DNA of 64,000 nucleotides from Strigamia acuminata (Eukaryota): NCBI GenBank assembly GCA_949358305.1, contig OX442314.1, positions 24,924,001 to 24,988,000 of the forward strand, read 5' to 3'. Shown piece by piece: positions 51,100 to 63,703 of this stretch (position 1 is its first letter; each line of letters starts with the position of its first letter). The notes under the pieces were generated by a model. It saw only the letters and a program-made list of their open reading frames with translations, ran no database searches and was not told where the DNA came from. The position numbers and the translations under genes were made by a program.

Positions 51100-53453
51100 T
51101 ATAATTTTTTTGCAGTCGATGCAGATCCGTATCGCTTCCAGGTCTGGATCCTTCAACTTAAACGCGCTTGACTTGGCCACAAAAATGGTGAAGGATTAAT
51201 AGATTTATACACTTCCCTACTCAGAAGACTTACTTGAGCTCCAGAATCAATCACGAATGTTATTCGAATCCTACATCAGCCTATGATGACTTCCATCCTC
51301 AGCATCCTCTGCCTTGCTTCCACCGATCCAACCGAGATCCCGAAAATCTCCTCGTCCTCCATATCCTCGCCACGTACTTTTAATTTCACCACTCGCACCT
51401 TCCATCCCTCTGCCAATGCTTGTCCACTTCCGGTGTTTCTACTGTTCGACCTTGAACGACAAAATTTCAAAAAATGTCCCACCTTACCAAAAACCGTACC
51501 AAAAATATTGTACACGCTCTCACCGATATACAACCCCTGGCAAGAAGTTTGGAATCATGATCACCTTAAACTGAAAATGCAACAATTAAGTGCTGTAGCG
51601 CAATAATGAGTAAACTTTGTTGAAAAACAAATAAATTAGCTTGAAAGAGCATTGTTTTATCTACATTTTCACTTAAAAAAACCAGTAGAACTTCAACTAG
51701 TGATGAAATAAAAAATCATTACAAAATCAACACAGTGAAATAAGTTTGGAATCATACAAATCTCAGGAAAAAAGTTTGGAATCAAACAAAAAAAGTGCTG
51801 TTTAGGTTCATTTAAAATTTTTAAAGTTATTCCAATTCAATGAATTACTCATCTAAATGTCCCATGTGTGTTAGCCACATGTCCAAGTCACATGATTAGG
51901 ATTTAAAATTGGCTCCTGTGAAGTTAATGTCTACTGATCTCAAAGACAAAATTATCTAGGCATTAAAAGATGGAAAAACTCAAAAAGATGTTGCAGTTGT
52001 GTTCAGTATTATCCAATCTGCTGTATCCAACGTTTGGACAAAATATCAAGAGACAGGAAGTGTTAAAAATCGCCCATAAACTGGCAGACCAAGGAAAAAT
52101 TCAAAACGACGCAATATGACATTGCGGAAAATTATAAAAAAAATGTGGAAAAACACATCAAATGAGATGAATCAAGAGTGGAGAAAAGCCACTGTCAAAG
52201 TGTGCGACAGCACAGTCAAAAATCGACTCAATGAAATGGGTTTTAAATCCAGAAAAACTAAATCAAAACCATTTTTAACCAAAAAGCACAGGCAAGCAAG
52301 ATTAAAACGGGCAAAACAACATAAACACTGGACTTCTCATGACTGGAGTAAAGTCATAATCAGTGATGAGTCCAGAATTTGTCTTGAATTTGGAGATGAC
52401 AATGGAGCATTTGTCTGGAGGCGCATTGATGAGAAATTCAACAGTGATTGCCTCAAATCTTCAATTAAATTCCTCAATTTTTGATGGTTTGGAGCTGCAT
52501 ATCTTCAGAAGGCACTGGACATTTGTGTATGATAAATGAGACAGTCAATGCACAGATATTTTGTACTATTTTTACTGTCAACAATCGAGGATCACTTTGG
52601 GGATGAAGAGGTAACTTATCAGGACCACAACGCTCCCTGACACAGAGTCAAGGATGTGAAACAATACCTTCAAGAGAAATAATGCAATTGAAACATATGA
52701 CTTATAGATGAGTCATTTATTAAATTGAAATGATTTTAAAAATTTTAAATGGACCTAAACAGCACTCTTTTTGTTTGATTCCAAACTTTTTTCCTCAGAT
52801 TTGTATGATTCCAAATTAATTTCCCTGTGTTAATTTTGTAATGACTTTTTATTTCATCACTAGTTGAAGTTCCACTGGTTTTTTTAAAGTGAAAATGTAG
52901 ATAAAACAATGCTCTTTCAAGCTAATTTATTTGTTTTTCAACAAAGTTTACTCATTATTGTGCTACAGCACTTCATTGTTGCATTTTCATTTTAAGGTGG
53001 TCCTGATTCCAAACTTTTTGCCAGGGGTTGTAGTATAGAAGCATAGCACGTCTGCGTTCATCATCCCTTATCGCAGCCGCAGTTCAAAACACTTCATATC
53101 GACTAACCCCCTTATTCCACTGCTGATTTTGCGTGGCTGGCTCACCATAGGCTTAGGCTTAGGCGAGATGGGCGCCGCCATTTTAGTCATTGACAAACGA
53201 CCTTGCCTGACACAACACTCAAATTCCGATCAATTTTCACACCAACTCGCGCCGAAAAACAAACAAAATCTTGCTCCTCACAATCCTCGTCGCCAATGTA
53301 ATGTTCTGATGGGTGATAACAAACAATGTGGTTTTATTCCTGGTTACTTGTGAACTGGCTCTCGCAATGTGTCACTCACATAAATAGCCTCCTATTACAT
53401 TTAAGCGCCCTCTGGCGCTAAATTACAATTAACAATAAATGATCACATCAACA
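51100..53453 (-). mobile_element. Degraded Gypsy-like relic interrupted by the Tc1 element (repeated at about 58100..60453)
   Basis: PBS TGGCGACGAGGAT (53283..53295) beside an LTR-like segment 53297..~53453; knuckle remnant GKVGHFLKFCRS at ~51460..51495; left limit approximate. Confidence 0.6.
51531..53030 (+). mobile_element. Tc1-family DNA transposon, IR/DR type, defective transposase
   Basis: TA TSD; ~300-bp TIRs starting CAACCCCTGGCAA with three AAGTTTGGAATCA direct repeats each; HTH, GRPRK, WSKVIISDESRI; in-frame stops and 3' deletion. Confidence 0.95.
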
Positions 53454-53719
53454 CAGTCAAGTGATAATTGAATTGTAATTGATGCAGCATCAGTGATCGC
53501 CATTGACAGGTTTCACTGTATTTTTAAATAAAAGCTGAAGAGTTAACGGGTGATTATGAAACTGTCGCGATTATGGATTCGTGTAATGTTTCAGACAAGT
53601 TTTATGGATTTTTTATTTCCTCATTTCCCATTGCTCAATAACGCATAAGGTGAAGGTAAACCAATCAATTTACCTTGAATTATTTCAGCCAAGTTAAACT
53701 GCAGGAACAAACGAAAACA

Positions 53720-56002
53720 AATCCTCACCTCCGTTGCATTCTTCGGAGCAGTGGCATCTCGCGCAGCCTTCACTTTTTGTTCGGTGACTGATATTTCGTC
53801 TTTTGATGCTATATGACCTAAAAAGTCTGGTCTTGTAAGTCCAAACCGACACTTTTTCAAACTTAATGTCGACCCATGCTTTTTCAGGACTGCCAAAACT
53901 TTCCCTAATCGCACTTCATGTTCTCTTATTGTCTTTCCATAAACGATAATATCGTCCAAACTATTCTTCGTGCCATCGAACTCCTTTAAGATGGTTTGGA
54001 CTATCCGGCGAAACCATGGGCGATACTGTTGAGATATCATATGTATTTATTGCCTATTGTGTGCCTGTGTATATATTTATATCGTATTATCATGTTGTTC
54101 GATATTAATGCTTGTATTCGGCCAGCGTGAATGATCGCGGCATTTGTTTACATGTAGTCTTTATATAATGCCCACAGGTGGCTCTCATTGTAAGAAGTCA
54201 CATGACCAACGAATAAACCTTACTTGATGTTTTGTTTCTCACCTGAGAAGATGATGTGTCTTTTTCTCCACAACTAATGTTTTTCCCAGCCACTGTTCAC
54301 ACAAGTTTATAGATGTTTTACAACAATACACAACAGATACCATGGGCGAAACCCACTCTGTCGGTCCCGTAAAAGGCTCAATGATGTATTGCTCCAATAA
54401 ATTATTGAACTCCTCATCCACTAATTTCCTAATATGGAAAGGAATCTTTTGCACTGACTGTGCAACTGGCCTTCATGATGGATCCACGTATAATTCAACT
54501 CAAAATCTTTCAATTTACCCATCCTGGAAAATATGTTTTTATGTTTTCTTATTTTCTCCGCTAATTCATCTCTTATTCCGCTCGAAACAGTGTTTAAGGT
54601 CGTTTCCTCCTCGGCTGTACACACTGTCGCCTTTTTTAAACTCAACAAATCCAATTGTTGTGACGTTTCTCTTCCCAATAGGGAAACATTTCCTTTTGGT
54701 ACGTTCATGAACTTCGAATGTACGCTTTTCTCCTTGGTCTTAATTTCAGCTTCAAGTCGTCCTTTATTTCTAGCGGTTTATCAAATCCATAGGCAAATAA
54801 TTTGGTTCTCACCCGTTTCAGCTGTACTCCTTGATTTTTCAACACATTCAAAATTCTCAAATCAATTAAATTCACAGTAGAACCCGAGTCCAATAATACA
54901 TTCACTTCTTGGTTTCCAATTGTCACTTTCACTCTTTCCTCTTTGTCATGGGACTCCACTTGGAAAACGTACTCGTCGTCATCCACCACATCTCGTTCAC
55001 TCACACCGACATACTGCACGCGTTCCGTCCTTCTTCGGTTTCCTCGTCCTCTCGGAAATTTCAGTCTGCAAACTTTCTCAAAATGTCCAAGTTTGTGGCA
55101 AAAACTACATTCGTTTTCTTTTACTAGACTGCAATCGTTCGCAAAATGACCCTTCTGACCGCATCGACAGCATTCAAGTATCCTTTGTGGCTTGTTTCCT
55201 TGCTTCCCATCGGTCTTCCCAGGTCTTTCATAGTGTTTTCGAAAATTTCCGCAAGTCCGATCACTTCCCCGACCTCGAAATGATGGTTTTCCTTTTCCAA
55301 TTTGATTCACAACTTCTTCTATTAGTTCGTGCTGTTATCAGTTTCCATCATTGTCGCATGTCTCTCACTGGCTTCTGCGGCTCTCTCTAAGGTTAATTAT
55401 GATGCTAAACTGAGCTTTTTCTCCCGCAAAAGTCGTCTGGTTACATACGTGTCCATAATTTCAGTTGCTTCCTCTTTCAGCTGTCTAAGGATGTGCCTTT
55501 TGTACCGCAAGTTTTTCCTCGGAGTGAAGTCACTGGCCAACGCAACTTTTGTTGTTTCGTAATCCTTTTGAGTGTTGTTCAATCTCCAATAGCGTTTCAT
55601 AAATGTCCTGCACATCTGTGCCTGCCAAATGTAGCAAAACTGCCTTTATCTGCGTGGCATTAACGCATTCATCCATTTGGTCCATTGTTGATCCAATTTC
55701 CTTCCGATATGATGAATGAACTCAAATGTGATGCCATTTTCTCTTTTCCGAATTTCCTCTTTCCAAATTTTCACTCACACGAACAGATTAACTTCTTTTG
55801 TCTCTCTGGTTATTCCTCCACCACGTTAAAGTCTTTTTTTTTAAATCCCATCCTCGTCGTCATTGTCGTGGTCGAGGAACCAATGTGTATTCAACGATTC
55901 AGTGTAACGAAGAGTTTATTGATTACAAAGGCACGCTGCTACAGGTGTGCGTACAGCTTACGCCATCTAGTGGCAACATGTGACTTCAAGGACACTACAA
56001 CA
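53720..56002 (-). mobile_element. 3'-truncated, degenerate Ty3/Gypsy element
   Basis: LTR ~55864..56002; PBS-like ATCCCATCCTCGTCGTCA (55845..55862, + strand); gag with two CCHC knuckles, protease LDSGS, RT remnants (WVSPMV, DDIIVYG, KKCRFG...FLGH); frameshifts. Confidence 0.9.
54027..54335. mobile_element. Solo LTR (309 bp) nested in the Gypsy RT region
   Basis: TGTTG...CAACA termini; TSD GATAC (54022..54026, 54336..54340); single GATAC at the paralogous site in unit B. Confidence 0.85.
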
Positions 56003-56881
56003 CACTCATCAATAACATTCTAGCAAAAATCAACTTTATTTTGGTCCGAACTGTGTTCTATAAATGACGTGCAGAATCCTTGTGCGAGCAAAAAAACTCC
56101 AGCCCAGTGTGTGTATGAAAAGGCTTCTTGTTGATGTTGACTCAATTTCTGCTTCAAAGCTCATCCAAAAAGAACAAGAAAATTAACCAAATCTCAGCTT
56201 AACTAGTAAAAAAATAACGCTCAAAGATACGCGAAATCGAATGCAAAAATTTTTCATTCAAATTCTTTCACGTACTCCAAAAATAGGCAACAAATTGTGT
56301 GTTTCTCTGCACGACTTAACGTCAATTGCGCTCTGGCGATGTGGTCGATTCGTTGCAATGCAACCGCTATAATGGATTTAAGGCCGGCGTCATTGTACCT
56401 ATATGCCAAGGAGTGGTTGCTAGGAGAATCCGTATGTTTTTATTTAGTGAATGCAGTGCTGTTGACCTTTATAGAACCGTCTATGAGCGTGTCTGGTGAT
56501 GTATTGGAAAATGACGTTTTATCAAACAAATAACTTTATTTTGTAGTTGAAACAAAGTTTATTTAAACTTTTCTTCTTTCGTTTTGATTGTAGTTTTTAG
56601 CCTTTCGTATTCGTATCCATTTAATTATCTCTCTGGGAGTTTTGAACGTCGTGGAGAGAATTATGGAAGTCCGTCAAGTTTATTTATTCTTGTGTAAAAC
56701 TGCCTGTATTTAACATTTCGATTTATTTTACTTTTACAATTCACACACAGATCATATTCAACGTGTAAAAAAACGGTTTAATGTGAACAACGTGTTAAAT
56801 TACATCAAAATTATTAATTTTTGTAGAAATGTATCGATATTTTTTACGAAATACACACTTAAAGAGCGAATAAAACATTTC

Positions 56882-57439
56882 TTACACAAACCTTTGCTTC
56901 AAAACAGCCACCAATGCGACAGAAAACATCATCATTTTGTCCATTCCATTGACTTGCGCATTGTTGCACAGATCTGTGTTGCAGTTACAAATACTTCCCT
57001 TCAAGCCTCCGACGGTTGACGCCACGCAATTATCGCTCGTAGCCGCGACAAAACATTTCTTCTCAATACCTAACATTACCAAACAAAATAAAAAAAATTT
57101 TAAAAAGAATAATTTATAGAAAAGAAAGAAATGTATTTACGGCCTGGCGCTTCGAATTTGTAACAAGCATTGTTTGAATCGACACATTCTGTAGGATTTT
57201 CCACACAATTCTTCTCACCCTTGCACTGGTAGCACTTGAGTGAAAGTGCTGTGGACATGAAACGGGACAAAAATATTGCAACAATAAGTTTACTTTTAAC
57301 AGGATATGAATGTTTAGAATAAATTTCAGTGTTTTCCAAGTTGGAAAATTAGTTTTTTGAATATTTTTTGGGATTATTTCTGTTTTTTACCGTTATGAAC
57401 GACGGAGATGAACAAAAGTCCTAAGAAAAACAGCTTCAT
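56882..57439 (-). CDS. Ly6/uPAR three-finger GPI-type protein 8; 3 exons
   Basis: ALSLKCYQCKGEKNCVENPTECVDSNNACYKFE / KKCF...NC...ICNCNTDLCNN plus hydrophobic tail; signal exon identical to gene 7. Confidence 0.9.
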
Positions 57440-58529
57440 GATAGATGAATTCGATCGGAAGGAGAGTGAGAGTGTAAACTTTGACGCTCTGGCGTTGTTA
57501 TAACAATATAATGGATTTAAGGCCAGGAAGCGTCCAAAGGCACTGCATCAACAAAAAATTCTCCTAGCAACCACTGTGGTTGCTAGGAGAATTTTTAAAC
57601 CCTATGATTTTTTATTGTTTGTTATGAGGTTGTCATGGGTGTTTGTCCACTTCATAAAATTTTACTATTTCTTTTATTAAAATGTTTATGGCTGATCAAA
57701 TGGATTGTGTTAATGTTAACCCTAGCAGTATCAACCTAAAAAGATCGTATGTAATAGAGACTATAGGAATATCAAATTTTATATTTGGAAAGTTGTCATT
57801 TGCTAATGGGAAACTCAGACTGTATATTTTACGTTTGGAAAGTTGTTATTTATTGATTGAAAACTCATATACGGTATTTTGTACTTGAAAATGTTATCTT
57901 TACTGGTTGAGAAACGTATGTCTAACTGTTTGGAAATGTAATACATATATCATGCTATAAAAAGTTGCTTGGAAACGGTTGCATTCCGTGTTGGATAGTC
58001 ATTGGAAATTTCATGTTGTGTACAATTTGGATATGTAACTTTCGGGTTTGGATATTTCACATTTCGGTTATATTTCCAACATATTTGCTTGTTGAAAATA
58101 TAATTTTTTTGCAGTCGATGCAGATCCGTATCGCTTCCAGGTCTGGATCCTTCAACTTAAACGCGCTTGACTTGGCCACAAAAATGGTGAAGGATTAATA
58201 GATTTATACACTTCCCTACTCAGAAGACTTACTTGAGCTCCAGAATCAATCACGAATGTTATTCGAATCCTACATCAGCCTATGATGACTTCCATCCTCA
58301 GCATCCTCTGCCTTGCTTCCACCGATCCAACCGAGATCCCGAAAATCTCCTCGTCCTCCATATCCTCGCCACGTACTTTTAATTTCACCACTCGCACCTT
58401 CCATCCCTCTGCCAATGCTTGTCCACTTCCGGTGTTTCTACTGTTCGACCTTGAACGACAAAATTTCAAAAAATGTCCCACCTTACCAAAAACCGTACCA
58501 AAAATATTGTACACGCTCTCACCGATATA

Positions 58530-60030
58530 CAACCCCTGGCAAGAAGTTTGGAATCATGATCACCTTAAACTGAAAATGCAACAATTAAGTGCTGTAGCGC
58601 AATAATGAGTAAACTTTGTTGAAAAACAAATAAATTAGCTTGAAAGAGCATTGTTTTATCTACATTTTCACTTAAAAAAACCAGTAGAACTTCAACTAGT
58701 GATGAAATAAAAAATCATTACAAAATCAACACAGTGAAATAAGTTTGGAATCATACAAATCTCAGGAAAAAAGTTTGGAATCAAACAAAAAAAGTGCTGT
58801 TTAGGTTCATTTAAAATTTTTAAAGTTATTCCAATTCAATGAATTACTCATCTAAATGTCCCATGTGTGTTAGCCACATGTCCAAGTCACATGATTAGGA
58901 TTTAAAATTGGCTCCTGTGAAGTTAATGTCTACTGATCTCAAAGACAAAATTATCTAGGCATTAAAAGATGGAAAAACTCAAAAAGATGTTGCAGTTGTG
59001 TTCAGTATTATCCAATCTGCTGTATCCAACGTTTGGACAAAATATCAAGAGACAGGAAGTGTTAAAAATCGCCCATAAACTGGCAGACCAAGGAAAACTT
59101 CAAAACGACGCAATATGACATTGCGGAAAATTATAAAAAAAATGTGGAAAAACACATCAAATGAGATGAATCAAGAGTGGAGAAAAGCCACTGTCAAAGT
59201 GTGCGACAGCACAGTCAAAAATCGACTCAATGAAATGGGTTTTAAATCCAGAAAAACTAAATCAAAACCATTTTTAACCAAAAAGCACAGGCAAGCAAGA
59301 TTAAAACGGGCAAAACAACATAAACACTGGACTTCTCATGACTGGAGTAAAGTCATAATCAGTGATGAGTCCAGAATTTGCCTTGAATTTGGAGATGACA
59401 ATGGAGCATTTGTCTGGAGGCGCATTGATGAGAAATTCAACAGTGATTGCCTCAAATCTTCAATTAAATTCCTCAATTTTCGATGGTTTGGAGCTGCATA
59501 TCTTCAGAAGGCACTGGACATTTGTGTATGATAAATGAGACAGTCAATGCACAGATATTTTGTACTATTTTTACTGCCAACAATCGAGGATCACTTTGGG
59601 GATGAAGAGGTAACTTATCAGGACCACGACGCTCCCTGACACAGAGTCAAGGATGTGAAACAATACCTTCAAGAGAAATAATGCAATTGAAACATATGAC
59701 TTATAGATGAGTCATTTATTAAATTGAAATGATTTTAAAAATTTTAAATGGACCTAAACAGCACTCTTTTTGTTTGATTCCAAACTTTTTTCCTCAGATT
59801 TGTATGATTCCAAATTAATTTCCCTGTGTTAATTTTGTAATGACTTTTTATTTCATCACTAGTTGAAGTTCCACTAGTTTTTTTTAAAGTGAAAATGTAG
59901 ATAAAACAATGCTCTTTCAAGCTAATTTATTTGTTTTTCAACAAAGTTTACTCATTATTGTGCTACAGCACTTCATTGTTGCATTTTCATTTTAAGGTGG
60001 TTCTGATTCCAAACTTTTTGCCAGGGGTTG
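58530..60030 (+). mobile_element. Second copy of the Tc1 element (copied with the 7-kb unit)
   Basis: Near-identical to 51531..53030 with the same flanks. Confidence 0.95.
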
Positions 60031-60719
60031 TAGTATAGAAGCATAGCACGTCTGCGTTCATCATCCCTTATTGCAGCCGCAGTTCAAAACACTTCATATC
60101 GGCTAACCCCCTTATTCCACTGCTGATTTTGCGTGGCTGGCTCACCATAGGCTTAGGCTTAGGCGAGATGGGCGCCGCCATTTTAGTCATTGACAAACGA
60201 CCTTGCCTGACACAACACTCAAATTCCGATCAATTTTCACACCAACTCGCGCCGAAAAACAAACAAAATCTCGCTCCTCACAATCCTCGTCGCCAATGTA
60301 ATGTTCTGATGGGTGATAACAAACAATGTGGTTTTATTCCTGGTTACTTGTGAACTGGCTCTCGCAATGTGTCACTCACATAAATAGCCTCCTATTACAT
60401 TTAAGCGCCCTCTGGCGCTAAATTACAATTAACAATAAATGATCACATCAACACAGTCAAGTGATAATTGAATTGTAATTGATGCAGCATCAGTGATCGC
60501 CATTGACAGGTTTCACTGTATTTTTAAATAAAAGCTGAAGAGTTAACGGGTGATTATGAAACTGTCGCGATTATGGATTCGTGTAATGTTTCAGACAAGT
60601 TTCATGGATTTTTTATTTCTTCATTTCCCATTGCTCAATAACGCATAAGGTGAAGGTAAACCAATAAATTTACCTTGAATTATTTCAGCCAAGTTAAACT
60701 GCAGGAACAAACAAAAACA

Positions 60720-62713
60720 AATCCTCACCTCCATTGCATTCTTCGGAGCAGTGGCATCTCGCGCAGCATTTACTTTTTGTTCGGTGACTGATATTCCGTC
60801 TTTTGATGCTATATGACCTAAAAAGTATAGTCTTGTAAGTCCAAACCGACACTTTTTCAAACTTAATGTCGACCCATGCTTTTCCAGGACTGCCAAAACT
60901 TTCCCTAATCGCACATCATGTTCTCTTATTGTCTTTCCATAAACGATAATATCGTCCAAACTATTCTTCGTGCCATCGAACTCCTTTAAGATGGTTTGGA
61001 CTATCCGGCGAAACTATGGGCGAAACCATGGGCGAAATCATGAGCGATACCATGGGCGAAACCCACTCTGTCTGTCCAGTAAAAGGCTCAATTGATGTCT
61101 TGCTCTAGTAAATTATTGATCTCTTCATCAACTAATTTCCTAATATGGAAAGGAATCCTTTGCACTGACTGTGCAACTGGCCTTCATGATGGATCCACGT
61201 ATAATTCAACTCAAAATCTTTCAATTTATCGATCCTGGAAAATATGTTTTTATGTTTTTTGTTTTTTTTTTGCTAATTCATCTCTTACTCCGCTCGAAAC
61301 CGTGTTTAAGGTCGTCTCCTCCTCGGCTGTACACACTGTCGCCTTTTTTAAACTCAACAAATCCAATTGTTGTGATGTTTCTCTCCCCAACAGGGAAACA
61401 TTTCCTTTTGGTACGTCCATGAACTTCGAGTGTACGTTTTCCTCCTCGGTCTTAATTTCAACTTCAAATCGTCCTTTATTTCTAGCGGTTTATCAAATCC
61501 ATAGGCAAATAATTTGGTTCTCACCCGTTTCAGCTGTACTCCTTGATTTTTCAACACATTCAAAATTCTCAAATCAATTAAATTTACAGTAGAACCCGAG
61601 TCCAATAATACATTCACTTCTTAGTTTCCAATTGTCACCTTCACTCTTTTCTCTTTGTCATGGGACTCCACTTGGAAAACGTACTCGTCGTCATCCACCA
61701 CATCTCGTTCACTCACACCGACATACTGCACGCGTTCCGTCCTTCTTCGGTTTCCTCGTCCTCTCGGAAATTTCAGTCTGCAAACTTTCTCAAAATGTCC
61801 AAGTTTGTGGCAAAAACTACATTTGTTTTCTTTTACTAGACTGCAATCGTTTGCAAAATGACCCTTCTGAGCGCATCGACAGCATTCAAGTATCCTTTGT
61901 GGCTTGTTTCCTTGCTTCCCACCGGTCTTCCCAGGTCTCTCATAGTTTTTTCGAAAATTTCCGCAAGTCCGATCTCTTCCCCGACCTCGAAATGATGGTT
62001 TTCCTTTTCCAATTTGATTCACAACTTCTTCTATTAGTTCGTGCTGTTATCAGTTTCCATCATTGTCGCATGTCTCTCACTGGCTTCTGCGGCTCTCTCT
62101 AAGGTTAATAATGATGCTAAACTGAGCTTTTTCTCCCGCAAAAGTCGTCTGGTTACATACGTGTCCATAATTTCAGTTGCTTCCTCTATCAGCTGTCTAA
62201 AGATGTGCCTTTCGTACCGCAAGTTTTTCCTCGGAGTGAAGTCACTGGCCAACGCAACTTTTGTTGTTTCGTAATCCTTTTGAGTTTTGTTCAATCTCCA
62301 ATAGCGTGTCATAAATGTCCTGCACATCTGTGCCTGCCAAATGTAGCAAAACTGCCTTTATCTGCGTGGCATCAACGCATTCATCCATTTGGTCCATTGT
62401 TGATCCAATTTCCTTCCGATATGATGAATGAACTCAAATGTGATGCCATTTTCTCTTTTCCGAATTTCCTCTTTCCAAAGTTTCACTCACATGCACAGAT
62501 TAATGTCCCTTGTCTCTCTGCTTATTCCTCCACCACGTTAGTCCTTTTTTTTAAAATCCCATCCTCGTCGTCATTGTCGTGGTCGAAGAACCAATGTGTA
62601 TTCAACGAGTCAGTGTAATGAAGAGTTTATTGATTACAAAGGCACGCTGCTACAGGTGTGCGTACAGCTTACGCCATCTAGTGGCAACATGTGACTTCAA
62701 GGACACTACAACA
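60720..62713 (-). mobile_element. Second copy of the truncated Gypsy element, without the solo LTR
   Basis: Colinear with 53720..56002; LTR ~62575..62713. Confidence 0.9.
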
Positions 62714-62921
62714 CACTCATCAATAACATTCTAGCAAAAATCAACTTTATTTTGGTCCGAACTGTGTTCTATAAATGACGTGCAGAATCCTTGTGCGAGC
62801 AAAAAAACTCCAGCCTAGTGTGTGTATGAAAAGGCTTCCTGTTGACTCAATTTCTGCTTCAAAGCTGATCCAAAAAAAACAAGAAAATTAACCAAATCTC
62901 AGCTTAACTAGTAAAGAATAA

Positions 62922-63703
62922 GGCGGTGGCTATTTCCACCCCCTAGAGGGTGAAAATAGAATCTGGGCTATTTCCACCCCCTAGAGGGTGAAAATAGGAT
63001 ATAGGCGATTTCCACCCCCTTGGAGGGTGGAAATATCTGATTTGAGTTATTTTCACCCCCTTGGAAGGTGGAAATATCTTATTTGAGCTATTTCCACCCC
63101 CTTGGAGGGTGAAAATATCTTGGTGGCTATTTCCACCCACTGATAAAAACATGTTAAATAGAAAATAGCCTTGTGTGTGGTAGCGTAATACCATATCGCG
63201 GTATTTCTTTCACGAAGCAATACCGCGGTATTCCCAAAAATATCGAAAAACAGTATACTGTAATACCGCATATTCTGCAAATACTGGATATTCTGCATAT
63301 ACCACAAATACCACAATTCAATTGTGTTTTTCATCGTTTTCTTTCATTTTTTATTTGATTTTCATCAATTTGTTTCATTTCTAGTTTTATTTTCATCATT
63401 TTGATTCATTTCTAGTTTGATTTTTATTGTTTTGTGTAATTAAAAACAATGAAAACAATTTTTAATTGCACAAAACGATGAAAATTAAACAAGTAATGGA
63501 ACAAATTGATGAAAATCAAGCAAGAAATGGAACAAACGATAAAAAACACTTGAATTTGAAGGAAACGATGAAAAACACTTGCATTTGAAGAAAACGATGA
63601 AACACAGTGGGTGAAATTAGCCAATCAAATGCGTTTCTCGAAAGGGGGTGGAAATAGCCCCGATTCTATTTTCACCCTCTAGGGGGTGGAAATAGCCAGT
63701 CCG
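62922..63703. mobile_element. Mutator/foldback-like non-autonomous element
   Basis: 9-bp TSD AAAGAATAA (62913..62921, 63704..63712); terminal inverted repeats built from ~40-bp units containing TATTTCCACCCC...GGGTG(G/A)AAATA; absent from units A and B. Confidence 0.85.

Noticed and set aside
50683..51606. Identical small ORFs repeated at 57682..58605
   Set aside because: Identity reflects the recent tandem duplication of non-coding or transposon-relic DNA, not protein conservation.
62930..63140. CRISPR-like array of ~40-bp palindromic repeats
   Set aside because: No unique spacers or cas genes; the repeats are subterminal units of a TSD-flanked transposon in a eukaryotic genome.
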